In this document: positions 33,591 to 44,237 of the stretch, one piece after another
Layout: the number at the start of each line of letters is the position of its first letter
Numbering within the stretch: the stretch's first letter is position 1
Origin: Naegleria gruberi
Taxonomy: Eukaryota
DNA: 64,000 bases
Assembly: GCA_000004985.1 (NCBI GenBank)
Contig: GG738869.1
Reading direction: 5' to 3' (one strand)
Translations under genes and position numbers: made by a program
The notes under the pieces: generated by a model
The model's database searches: none
Told to the model about the DNA's origin: nothing
The model's input: only the letters and a program-made list of their open reading frames with translations

Positions 33591-35300
33591 TTAATAATCT
33601 TCTACGACTGCAGAACTAAAAACTGATTTCTTAGATTTGTTGTTACTCTTCTTTGAGGAGGATTTCAAGTCTGCATACGAACTTTCAAAGAGTTCTTCTT
33701 CATCATCGAAGGAACGATGAATTGGTTCAGCATTTGGGACAGCAGTCTTTCTGAGAACTGGAGTTTCAAATTTGATATTACTAAAGTCATCTTCTTCCTC
33801 ATCGTCATCAGACATTTCCAATAGACTTGGATCATCCACTTGAATGGCTTCATCATCGATTAATTCATCATTTTCTGGTGATTTAATCTTGAGTGGAGGT
33901 GAGATGAATCTAACAGATGGAAGTGCCTCTCTTGTCTTTATGGCAGGCTGTTGTTGTTGTGTGTTGGATTGTGTTTGAGAATTTGTTGAGGATTTAAAAG
34001 TTGGAGGAGCATCACAATCGTCCTCTTCAATATTTGTCGTAGCAAGTAGAGTGTGAAGAGATTTAATACTCTTTGATGAAACATCTTCCTTATCCAATTC
34101 TTCCAAACCATCAGTGAGTTTTTGAGATTTAAGTTTCTTTAAACGTTTGGCAAGTAACATGTTTTCTTCTTCCAATCTTTCAACTTCTTTCTTTTTTCTT
34201 GTCAATTGGTCTCTCATATCTTCCAATAATTTTTCATATTTAACTTCAGTTCCAATTAACTTTTCATTCAAATCATCAATCTTCTTCTTTAACATGATAA
34301 TAGTTTCATGATCAGCAGAATCATGTGAATGACTTGTTGATTTTAATGAACTCTTAAAATCATCATCTTTTGACAACTCAATACTAATACGTTTCTCTCT
34401 GGTAACAACTGTTTTAGAGACAGGTTGTGGTTTAACTTGATTTTCCATTGACTTTTTCATATCCCTCTCCATTTCACGTTGTTCTTTTTGAAGATCTAAA
34501 ACCATTTGTTGTCTCATTTGTTTGAGTTCTCTTTTAATTTTATCCTCTTCTATTAATTTAAACTTTTCAACTTGTTGTTTAATTAAATCGAGTTGTTCTT
34601 GTTTATATTGTTTCAATTCCTTATCAATTTCCATTTTAGATGATGGGGTAGTTTGTTCTGTTTTTTCCTCAACTGGTGATTTGTTAATAGAAGAAACTGG
34701 TGAGGTAGCTTTTGATGATGAAGCAACTGGTGTTTCAACTTTTTCATTTGATTTAATAGAACTGATACTAAATGTTTTCCCAAATGTTACTGAATCTGGA
34801 TTAATAGTCAAGAGTGGACCTTTGTATTGTTTTTGGGATGCATAATCAGACAAGTCAACTAGACCTCTCAAAATTCCAGCAATAATTGGTGATTTTTCAT
34901 CAAAGGTAGCACATAATTTGTGGAAATCCTTTGAATTAAATGTTGATAGTTCACTGTTGTTTGTCAATAATAATTTCTTTTTGTATTTTAATTATTATTA
35001 ACTAACATAATTGTTATCTTGAAAACTTACAATTTCCTTTAGGAAGGTTTCACAATTTTCTTGTTCCATAAATTCCATTCCTCTCGGATTCTTGTTGAAC
35101 ATTACGAAACGTCCTTTCAATTTTGTGATTAATTTACAAAGAGCAACACCATCTTTGAATGAAGAGAAAAATGTAGAGATTGGAGTAGGAGATTCCAAGT
35201 TAATAGACACTTCTTCTGATTTGTTTGTTTCGTTTATCCAATCACGAAGTGCAATTAGTGTTGGTGATGACTTTAAACAATCATCAGATAATTTAGACAT
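33591..35300 (-). CDS. Calponin-homology (CH) domain protein with a long Ser-rich coiled-coil C-terminal region
   Basis: Two exons (35300..35031, 34976..33591) with a GTAAGT donor and a 54-nt intron. The N-terminal CH domain reads LIALRDWINE...FKDGVALCKLI...ENCETFLKEI. Coiled-coil heptads follow (EQLDLIKQQVEKFKLIEEDKIKRELKQMRQQ). Confidence 0.55.
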
Positions 35301-35386
35301 TTTTTTTTACTGATTGGTGACGTTGATGATTTATTTGATCTTATAGATCCATTCGTTATTGTGCACTTGTTAGCTTTTTGTGTAAA

Positions 35387-36453
35387 TTATTTGTTTAATC
35401 TCAATTTATCATATTGAGAAAGTGCTTCAAAATCAAAAGTATATTTGTAAGCTCCTGAATAGTCAGAAATGAGAACAGAATTATCAATCTTTGGAGTTAA
35501 CAAAGCATTAAGATCCTTTTCTTTCAATGTACCTTGAATATTGTACTTGTCAATTGTTTGTTGAGTTAAGAACATTTTAACAATACCCCACAAAAACTTG
35601 AGAGACCATGGAGTGTTAATAACAACAATAGCAGCCAATCTTTCAACATAATAAGTACCCTTTTAAGAGTGTTTGAGTATTTTCCAATAATTTAAAAAAT
35701 ACTTACAAGTTCAATAAACATATCCTTGGTTGATTTGATCATATTAGCACTCAATGATGAATCAGTAAGATCAACAATCCAAGTAGTTTGATAAACATTT
35801 TGTGGCATTCTTCTACTGCAAAGTTCATACAACCAAACAAAGAATCTGAATTTCATTTGTTTGCTTTCTTCCTTTTCATTGTCCATCTATTAAATTATTC
35901 AAATTATTATTATTAAACTAAATTTCAATTATGTACTAACCTTATCATTTCCGAGTCTGACATAGATAACTGGGTGTCCAACCTTATCAAAACCACTATG
36001 GAAAAGACTTCCTTGTGATGCAAATTGCTTCACATCACTAATATCAATATTCCAAGGTTGATACTTCTTTCTCCATTCACAAGCTCCCTTTAAAACAGGT
36101 TCTGCTTCATCAACATTCCAATTATATCCCGATAAGAATCTATAAAGTGTCAAGTCAGAGAGGAAATATTCAGCACCGAATGTATTTTCCTTCTTATCGT
36201 GATCGTGCAAAAGTTCATTTTCATTCCATTTGGTATTAATTCTCTCTCTAAAATCGTTAATTTTCTTCTTCTTTTCATCATTTAATGTATCCAAAATTGA
36301 TGATACGGTAATATTTGGAATTTCACCAAAGAGTTTATCCTCTATACACAATAATGAATAATAATATTAATTATAAATAATTTAAAAACAAGCCGTTCGG
36401 ATCCAATACAAAATTTGCAACAACCACTTACCAAGTTCCTTCAAGCTAGCCAT
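35387..36453 (-). CDS. Sec14-like phosphatidylinositol transfer protein (CRAL-TRIO domain)
   Basis: Four exons (36453..36432, 36341..35941, 35886..35707, 35659..35387) with introns of 90, 54 and 47 nt. The CRAL-TRIO N-terminal LYRFLSGYNWNVDEAEPVLKGACEWRKKY is followed by the lipid-binding domain (VIYVRLGNDK...WIVDLTDSSL...INTPWSLKFLWGIVKMFL). Confidence 0.7.
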
Positions 36454-36603
36454 TTTTTTCTTCTATTTTAAATAACAAGATCGATCTTGCAACTGGATGT
36501 ATTGATTGTAATATTGTGATGAAGTTTGATTCTTGACATTGAATAATGACTTGTCTCTTTGGTTTCAACAGAAAATGTTGAAGAACAATAGCAGCTTAAC
36601 CAA

Positions 36604-39438
36604 ATGCAAGTTGATACAAATTCCTCTTACAAAAAAATGTCTTTTCTCCATGCAACATCCTTTGCCTCTGTTGAAATGAAGGATGCAACGACTTGTTCCG
36701 AAAAATTTACTCTTCAAACACAAGTGGAATCCAATAGTAATGTTAAAGTACATTTATTTGAATTGGATGGTGATAATTATTTGATTGTTGCAAGAGAAAG
36801 GTGGATTGATATTTATTTATTACATGAGGAGGATAATCACTTGACAAAGGCTTGCTCAATTAAAAGTGATTTACAAATTATTGATTTTATATTTGATAAC
36901 TATAATATTTACGTATTGTGTTCCGATGGATCACTCTTACTCACAACACTATCATATCATCAAGATGCAAATATTTTCACATTTTCGTCATGGAACCAAT
37001 TAAATACTAATACTACCAATTTTCCTGTTAAATTGTTGAGATATAATGATGCAATAGTTGTGTGCTATATTGAGAATGAGATACAATTTATCAATTTATC
37101 AAATGGCAAAATATTTACTTATCAATATAATGGAGTTCATTTTGACAGTTGTGTTCTTGGTAGTTACTTTTATTTGTGTATCAATAGTACACTAGTTTAC
37201 AAAATGAAATTTAATGAGGAATATAGTTTGATTGAATCTGAGAAAATTAAATCACCATTTGATATTATATCTTTACATACAAGCGAATCTAAAATTATTG
37301 CAATTACTGCTGATTCTAGGATTATTGATATTGAAACATTAGACCAATTACTTAAGATTGAAACTGATCAATATATTTCTGACTATCATCTTTTGCAAAA
37401 AGGTTATTTATGCACTGAACATGGTGATATTTATTCGATTGATGGAAATCAAGCAAATATGCTCTATTCTAAACTTGGTGTTGACAAGATTTGCAAATCA
37501 AGTCAAGAAGCTAATTTCCTTATTGGTTATTCTTCTGTTAGTGATTTGATTTACATACCGTTAGAAGAATCAATGACTGATCTTCAACCTCGATCCCTAC
37601 TGCCAAATATTTCATATGTCATAGATTTTGATAAGAAGGGAGATGATTTTATTATTGCTACTCCAAAACGCCTCTGTAGTGTTAAGAAAGGAATGTCATG
37701 TAGAGTTACTTCTCTAACAGACGAATCTTATGATGGAATAGATAATGTTTTCACTCCAACAACAGATTTTATCATTTTGAGTTTTGTAAATCAAAGTAAG
37801 GTACTTAGAATTTCTGAAGACTCCATTGATGAATGCAATAACAATGTATTCGAATCAAGTCAGGCCACATTTTACTGTAATCAAATTCTTAATTCGTTTA
37901 TTTTACAAGTAACAGCCACTGAAATGAGATTAATGGATTTACAATTAAGTACATTGCTTTCTTCCATTAAAATTAATAGCACAGTTATTACTAGTAAGGC
38001 TAATAATATTTATGTAAGCTATGAAAATAAGATTACTAAATTTGAGGTCAGTCAAGAAGGACAAATAACTGAATCATTTTCCATTACCTTAGATAGAGAC
38101 ATATCTTCAATGAGAGCAACTGATGGTAATCATTTAATTGCCAGCACCTACTCTGGCATTATTTATTTCATTTCAGGAAATACAATTTCTAAAACTATTG
38201 ATATTAACAGTCAGCAAATTGAAACAAATATTGTGGAATCCATTTTCTATACTGGCTCACTTTTACTTCTGGGGTTACGAGATGGTCACTTATTGGTTTA
38301 CGATATTGATCAACTCATTAAAAAGTTCAAATTGGGCGATGTACCTGTACAGCTTAGAGAAACATTTGATGATATAATTATTGCTGTTTCTAACAACTGC
38401 TATTATATTTCTGTAGATTCTTCTATGAATCTCAACATTTCTAATTTATTAGTCAACGATCACATCCTTTCAGTTCAAAACTTTAATGTTACAGGTTATG
38501 AAAACTCCCTGTTGTGTCTTTCTAGTGATAGTAAGATTAAGGTGATCAGTATTGAAACTACCAATTTCCAACCAATGATTAAAGAAATTTATTCCAATGA
38601 AGATTGTCAAAGAGTTCATGTAAACGAAGAGGATAATTCCATAATTTATGTATGCAACAATTATAGTAGTTTGAGATATATTGACGATAGCAAGGAGACA
38701 TTAACACTCTACACATTCCCTCCTTCAGAAAAAATCTACTCAATTACTTCATTTAAGGTAAAGAATGACGATTCACATGATAGTAATTTTGTCATTGTTG
38801 GTACAAAATACACTCGCCATCACAATAATATTATCATGAATAAGGACCCAACTAGTTTATCTCATGGATTACTGCACGTACTGAAACTAGGAAAAGTATC
38901 TGATTCCTACAAATGTGAACATGTTGGATCATGCGAACTTCCTTACATGGTTTATTCTATCAAACAGTATAACAGTCAATATTTGCTTGTTGGTTACGGT
39001 GAAAGACTTGGATTATTTTATTTTGATCAAAAAGAAATGAAATTAGTTGACCAAGCTAGTGTAAGACATTTTGTTAATAGTATTGATATTTGTGATAATT
39101 TGATATGTATTACAGATAGATTTGATGGACTACTTTTCTACATTATTCAAGAGGGTAAATTTTATTATTTGAGTAATGTTAGCTTGAGATTAGATGCATT
39201 GAATTCATCTACATGCAGATTTATCAACTCCAAACGATTAGCAACAATTGATAGAAGCCACCAATTAATTATTTGGAGAATTAATAACATCAATACATCA
39301 ACACATACTATTTCACTTTCCAAAGAAAAATCATTTGATACAAAAGAACTTGCTCTCAAAGTTATTCCAATTTCTAATCATCAACTTTTCTACATTACTT
39401 TGAATGGTAGTATTAATTATTTAAATATAGAGGAATAA
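36604..39438 (+). CDS. DDB1/CPSF160/SF3b130-family beta-propeller protein (CPSF_A-like C-terminus), short form
   Basis: 944-aa single ORF. The C-terminal region NFVIVGTKYT...LLHVLKLG...YLLVGYGERLGLFYFD...ICITDRFDGLLFY matches the CPSF_A propeller pattern. It is shorter than canonical DDB1 or CPSF1. Confidence 0.4.
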   Translation: MQVDTNSSYKKMSFLHATSFASVEMKDATTCSEKFTLQTQVESNSNVKVHLFELDGDNYLIVARERWIDIYLLHEEDNHLTKACSIKSDLQIIDFIFDNYNIYVLCSDGSLLLTTLSYHQDANIFTFSSWNQLNTNTTNFPVKLLRYNDAIVVCYIENEIQFINLSNGKIFTYQYNGVHFDSCVLGSYFYLCINSTLVYKMKFNEEYSLIESEKIKSPFDIISLHTSESKIIAITADSRIIDIETLDQLLKIETDQYISDYHLLQKGYLCTEHGDIYSIDGNQANMLYSKLGVDKICKSSQEANFLIGYSSVSDLIYIPLEESMTDLQPRSLLPNISYVIDFDKKGDDFIIATPKRLCSVKKGMSCRVTSLTDESYDGIDNVFTPTTDFIILSFVNQSKVLRISEDSIDECNNNVFESSQATFYCNQILNSFILQVTATEMRLMDLQLSTLLSSIKINSTVITSKANNIYVSYENKITKFEVSQEGQITESFSITLDRDISSMRATDGNHLIASTYSGIIYFISGNTISKTIDINSQQIETNIVESIFYTGSLLLLGLRDGHLLVYDIDQLIKKFKLGDVPVQLRETFDDIIIAVSNNCYYISVDSSMNLNISNLLVNDHILSVQNFNVTGYENSLLCLSSDSKIKVISIETTNFQPMIKEIYSNEDCQRVHVNEEDNSIIYVCNNYSSLRYIDDSKETLTLYTFPPSEKIYSITSFKVKNDDSHDSNFVIVGTKYTRHHNNIIMNKDPTSLSHGLLHVLKLGKVSDSYKCEHVGSCELPYMVYSIKQYNSQYLLVGYGERLGLFYFDQKEMKLVDQASVRHFVNSIDICDNLICITDRFDGLLFYIIQEGKFYYLSNVSLRLDALNSSTCRFINSKRLATIDRSHQLIIWRINNINTSTHTISLSKEKSFDTKELALKVIPISNHQLFYITLNGSINYLNIEE

Positions 39439-39439
39439 A

Positions 39440-40180
39440 TTATTTGGTAATCCACCAATTTTCATCTTCATCATTCAAAGTTGTTGGAATATGTGAATAT
39501 TTCATATCTTCACTTGAAATGAAAGCCAATTCACTCATATAGCCTCCAATAGCTTTTTCATCTCTAAAAGATTCTTGTTCTCTTCTATTAGTTGGAATAT
39601 CTCGCAGTGGATGATTAAAGTGACAAGCATGTGTACCAGAGTGACCTGGTTTTAATACACACGGTGCCTCACAAAATCTACAATCACACAAATGTCCACA
39701 TTTCAAAATTGGTTCACCTTCAACATGTCCAAATATACATTCATGTTTATGAGGATGACCAAGAGGTAATTTACAAATATGACCATCTTCACAAACCCAA
39801 GAACATAGTAATTGTACTTGAGTTGTTGGTCTGAAAAAGAAATTCATTATTGGAATATTTTGTAATTGATTATCTCTTAATCTGGGAAATAAAAAAGCAA
39901 CCAATGGATCAATAAATAAATTTGAAATAACTGTTTGATATACTCTTGTAATGGTTGGTTTTGTTTGTTGTACTAATTGAGTCCGAAGTGAATAAGTATC
40001 GCTCAATCTTTGAGATCTTAAAGAAGAAATTAAATTATTATTTGATAAATTATCATTAGAATCATCATCCATTAAATTATCATCCAAAGAAAACGATGGT
40101 GGTTGAACAAGTAAAACTCCTCCAGGTGCATTTCCGACAGTTGGGCTTGTTGTAGATTTTTTATCACTCAAAGCCTTCAT
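39440..40180 (-). CDS. Cys/His-rich putative zinc-binding protein (unassigned family)
   Basis: ATG at 40180. The C-terminal half is CSWVCEDGHICKLPLGHPHKHECIFGHVEGEPILKCGHLCDCRFCEAPCVLKPGHSGTHACHFNH, with about 10 Cys and 9 His in regular spacing. Confidence 0.35.
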   Translation of the reverse strand: MKALSDKKSTTSPTVGNAPGGVLLVQPPSFSLDDNLMDDDSNDNLSNNNLISSLRSQRLSDTYSLRTQLVQQTKPTITRVYQTVISNLFIDPLVAFLFPRLRDNQLQNIPIMNFFFRPTTQVQLLCSWVCEDGHICKLPLGHPHKHECIFGHVEGEPILKCGHLCDCRFCEAPCVLKPGHSGTHACHFNHPLRDIPTNRREQESFRDEKAIGGYMSELAFISSEDMKYSHIPTTLNDEDENWWITK

Positions 40181-40422
40181 TTTTTTAAATTATTAAAAAA
40201 ACTTTTTTTAAATGAAAAAACTACTTAGTATTTAATAACGTTTTGTAAACTATCCAATTCATTTAATATGCATTTTTGCTATCCCTTTTTTGTAAGTGGG
40301 CATTTAATAATTGAAACTTTTCATGGAGCAATAGCCCCTCCCGCAGGAGTAGTTCTTTTATTGAAATGTGTCTCTGAGCCCTGAATCAATCAGAACATCA
40401 CAGTCAAAAAAAACGTTTCAAT

Positions 40423-41982
40423 ATGAGCCGTTCAATATCTTCCGCCACAATCATCTTGTTGATTGTTGGCATTAGCATGATCATGTTAAATTCATCTTCC
40501 TCATTCGTAAATGCTCAAGATCCAAAATCAAATGTTACCCAATTGATTCAATATTGGGGTTATCCAGTTGAACAACATTATGTAACCACAACAGATGGTT
40601 TTATTCTCTCCGTGTAGGTAATCAGGATTTTTTTTCATCATTTAATATTTATTCATCATCCATATCGTCATCATCATTAATTTTCATACTGACCAATTTG
40701 TTCATGATCGTTATCCAACATTTACAATTATTTATAATTTCATAAACAATTGATAGTCAGAGAATTCCATATGGACGTTCAAGTTTAAGTAGACAAATTC
40801 CAAAAGATAAAAAGAAGGTAGTTTTCCTTCAACATGGTTTTTTGGATTGTTCTGCTACTTGGGTTAATAATTTACCATATCAATCATTGGGATATATTTT
40901 AGCTGATGCAGGATTTGGTTTGTATTTGTTTTTTTCTAATAATTTGTTAATAATTTTAAATTATTGTCTCTTAAATTTCCATATTCGGACAATTTCAAAA
41001 AATTCCGTGGACAATAGATGTTTGGTTGGGTAATGCTAGAGGAAATGAATATTCCAATAGAAATATTTACCACTCTAAACATGATAAACAATTCTGGAAT
41101 TTTTCATGGGATGGTAAGTTTGAATATTTATTACAAAAATTGTAACAAGAAATTTCAATTCTAAATGAAGAAATGGCAATTTATGATCTTACTGCAATGG
41201 TTGATTATGCACTTAAAGTCAGTGGCCAACCAAAATTAGCCTATGTTGGTCACTCTCAAGGTACAACTATGGGATTTGAATGTTTTTCTAGTAATGCTGA
41301 TTCAAATACTAAATATCCAGCATGTCCAAAGGATTTCACAAACAAAATTTCCATTTTTATTGCTATTGCTCCAGTAACTTATTTGGAACATGTTAATAGT
41401 CCAATGATGGAAGCTCTTGCAAAACTTCATGTTGATGAAATTTTAGAATTCCTTGGTGTTGGTGATTTTTTACCAACCACTCAACAATTAGAAAAGTGGA
41501 TTCCTGGAATTTGTTCAAATTCAATTCTTCAAAAAGCTGTCTGCATGAACGTTTACTGTATAATGAGTGGTTGTGATGGTTTGGAAAATAAGGCAAACTC
41601 CTCTCGTTTACCTTTATATATGGATCGTTTACCTGCAGGAACCTCAACAATGAATGCTGGACATTGGGCCCAATTAGTTAGATCTAAGAAATTCCAAATG
41701 TTTGATTATCATTTTGGTAATTATGATCATTATCATCAAGTATCTGCTCCACAAATTGAATTGTCAAATTTACATGTTGATATTGCAATTTATCATGGAG
41801 GTTTGGATATTTTGGCAGATTACAATGATGTTAAGAAATTATTGAGCAAACTTCCAAAAGAACGTCTCAAGAATGTAATGTTCTTTAGTGATTTTGGTCA
41901 TATCGATCTCGTTTGGGGTATTAACAATTATCAACTTTTCTTCAATGATATTGTTAAAAGAGTTTCTGATTCTTTCAATTAA
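40423..41982 (+). CDS. Acid lipase (lysosomal/gastric lipase family, alpha/beta hydrolase)
   Basis: Four exons (40423..40613, 40757..40917, 41018..41113, 41171..41982) and a signal peptide. [43 protein letters not shown]...FSWDEMAIYDL...YVGHSQGTT aligns to LIPA/LIPF, including the GHSQG nucleophile elbow. Confidence 0.8.
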
Positions 41983-42097
41983 ACGAAACAGAAAGGAATA
42001 ATAAATTATCTCTTTGCTATCCATATGAAAATGCATTTTCCATAATTGTTCTCTGACAATCAAATTTTCAATTCTAATAAATAAAAATCTTTAAAAA

Positions 42098-42515
42098 ATG
42101 TCTGATCTCGCAAGCAAGTTTGAACTCGCCGTCAAGTACGTCCAAGACGGAATGGCCAAGGATCAATACAAGGTATGTTATGATTTTTAATGAATTAATA
42201 GTAGTGATCATCATCGATATCTATTTGCAATTAATAATATCAAAATAATAATTGAATATTTTCTAGGATTCTAACAAGGAATTGACTGATGATGATCGTC
42301 TTCTCTTCTATGCTTTCTACAAGCAAGTTACTGAAGGTGATGTTAAGGGATCTCAACCATACGCTATCAACTTTGTTGCTAGAGCCAAATGGGATGCCTG
42401 GAACAAGGTCAAGGGTTTGTCAAAGGAAGATGCTATGCAACAATATGTTGATTTGTTGAGTCAAATGGCTCCAGAATGGTTCTCTTATTCTGGTTTGGAC
42501 AAGTACAGAAAATAA
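42098..42515 (+). CDS. acbA: Acyl-CoA-binding protein (ACBP)
   Basis: Two exons (42098..42172, 42267..42515) with a 94-nt intron. LLFYAFYKQVTEGDVKGSQP...ARAKWDAWNKVKGLSKEDAMQQYV is the ACBP fold signature. Exon 1 uses GC-rich preferred codons. Confidence 0.8.
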
Positions 42516-42620
42516 ACATAGCCTGATTGTATTATTATTCATCATCCATACTTATTTTAATTTCATCAAATAAGTTAAAAATTAATTTCAATCAAATTGA
42601 ATTGTTGAGTTTGAAAAAAA

Positions 42621-43430
42621 ATGATGAACAATATGATGTTACGTTTTGGCAAGAAGTTAACTTCAACTCACTCTAATCAATTCATTTTCGGAAGTGGATT
42701 AATTTTGAATCAAAGAAATGTTAAAACTGATATCAACAAAATTTCAAGAGGAGACATTATTAAAGATGGACCAAATAAATATCTTCAAATTGAAAGATAT
42801 GTTTTTTCAAAGAGAGGACGTTGTAATGCTATTGTTACAGTTGAAACTGTTGATATGTTATATGGAAAAAAGATTAGTAAAAAGTATAGAGGAGGTGAAT
42901 CAGTGGATTTATGTGAATATACAACAAAGGATGTAGTTTATTCATCGGAAAATAATAAGGGATTTGTTTTTGAAGATATGAAGGATGGTACTGAATATGT
43001 TGCCTCAAAGACACTTCTTACTCCTGAAATGACACAAATCATGCAAGGAGGTTTTCTCAAAAAGATGGTTATCGGAATTGATGAAGAAACCAATCTTGCT
43101 GTTAAGGTCATGTTCCCAACAGCCCTTGTTTCAACTGTTGAGGAAACAGAAGATCCAATAAGTGGTGTACCAAATGATAGACATTCTCCAGTCACAAAGA
43201 ATGCACTCTTGGATAATGGTATTTCTATCAAAGTGCCTGGATTTATTGCAAATGGTGACAGAGTCAAATTCTCTACACGTGATTGGTCCTATGTTGCTAG
43301 AGCCACTGAAGAGGATGAAGATGATATTGAATTTGAAGATGAATCATCGAAATATGAAGACAATGAGTCGGTAGAGGAAATTGAAGAGGATGAGAATGCA
43401 GAAGATGAAGAAGACAATAAGAGGAGATAA
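42621..43430 (+). CDS. Elongation factor P (EF-P)-like protein with an N-terminal presequence and an acidic C-terminal tail
   Basis: GDIIKDGPNKYLQIERYVFSKRGRCNAIVTVETVDMLYGKK...ISIKVPGFIANGDRVKFSTRDWSYVARA follows the EF-P KOW and OB layout (KVP.F...G..I.V.TR.G.Y..R). The basic N-terminal leader MMNNMMLRFGKKLTSTHSNQF looks like a mitochondrial targeting sequence. Confidence 0.5.
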   Translation: MMNNMMLRFGKKLTSTHSNQFIFGSGLILNQRNVKTDINKISRGDIIKDGPNKYLQIERYVFSKRGRCNAIVTVETVDMLYGKKISKKYRGGESVDLCEYTTKDVVYSSENNKGFVFEDMKDGTEYVASKTLLTPEMTQIMQGGFLKKMVIGIDEETNLAVKVMFPTALVSTVEETEDPISGVPNDRHSPVTKNALLDNGISIKVPGFIANGDRVKFSTRDWSYVARATEEDEDDIEFEDESSKYEDNESVEEIEEDENAEDEEDNKRR

Positions 43431-43562
43431 ATTTAAATAATAAATAATTTAATTGTGATTTTTGGTGCCTAGGAATTGTACATTTAGGTGAGAAGAACAC
43501 TAGTCTCCATGACTAGTATGCCTTTCGGTTTAGTTTGGAAGTTATTTGAGTTGATTGCTAAT

Positions 43563-43940
43563 TTACTCTTTCTTTTCCTCTTCTTTCTTTTCTTCGTCCT
43601 TCTTTTCTTCCTTCTTTTCGTCCTTTTTAGTCTTCTTTGTGGTGGTGGTCTTTTTAGTCTTCTTTGGCTTTTCAATCTTCTTAGCAGCAGCTCTCTTTTC
43701 ATAAGTGTTTGCTGTGGCTCTCTTTACAGTCTTTACATCACCAGATTGAGCAACGGTCTTGTAGTCAATATTCTTTCTCTTTCTTGGAGTAGCAATAATG
43801 TTAGCAGCATCAATCTTGGATCCTTCAACAGCTGATCTCTTTGTCTTATCGACTTCAGTACTTCTTCTCTTAGTCCAGTGGTCTTCGTTGACTTCACCCT
43901 TGGCAGCGGTTTTCTTGGTATCTTTCTTAGCAGCTGGCAT
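43563..43940 (-). CDS. Lysine-rich basic protein with a K/E-repeat tail (chromatin/nucleolar-type, unassigned)
   Basis: ATG at 43940. 125 aa, ending KPKKTKKTTTTKKTKKDEKKEEKKDEEKKEEEKKE. Confidence 0.35.
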   Translation of the reverse strand: MPAAKKDTKKTAAKGEVNEDHWTKRRSTEVDKTKRSAVEGSKIDAANIIATPRKRKNIDYKTVAQSGDVKTVKRATANTYEKRAAAKKIEKPKKTKKTTTTKKTKKDEKKEEKKDEEKKEEEKKE

Positions 43941-44237
43941 TGTTTTACTAGTTTTTTTTGTTGAGTTGAAATGTGAGTGGATCCATCATAGAATTTATGT
44001 GGATTATTAAACAAAACGGCTCGATTTCAATTTGGCGGTAAAGCTTTAAAGCACAACGGTTTTTGTAAACTTTACACAAGCGTTAATTTGATTGGTCAAA
44101 ATGAAATGTGAGAGTTGAGAAAGAATATTCTTAAAGAGAATCATACTATCAATGTTCCAACTATCATTTAACTTCAACACAACATAACAGGTATGGTGTA
44201 TTTTATCTTACAATGGTACTACCAATTGCAATATATT

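Noticed and set aside
36565-36753. 62-aa minus ORF overlapping the start of the beta-propeller gene
   Set aside because: It is an antisense artefact spanning the ATG of a 944-aa ORF.
43484-43835. Poly-K/R and poly-L ORFs antisense to the Lys/Glu-rich gene tail
   Set aside because: These are products of the low-complexity AAG/GAA repeat read in other frames or on the other strand.
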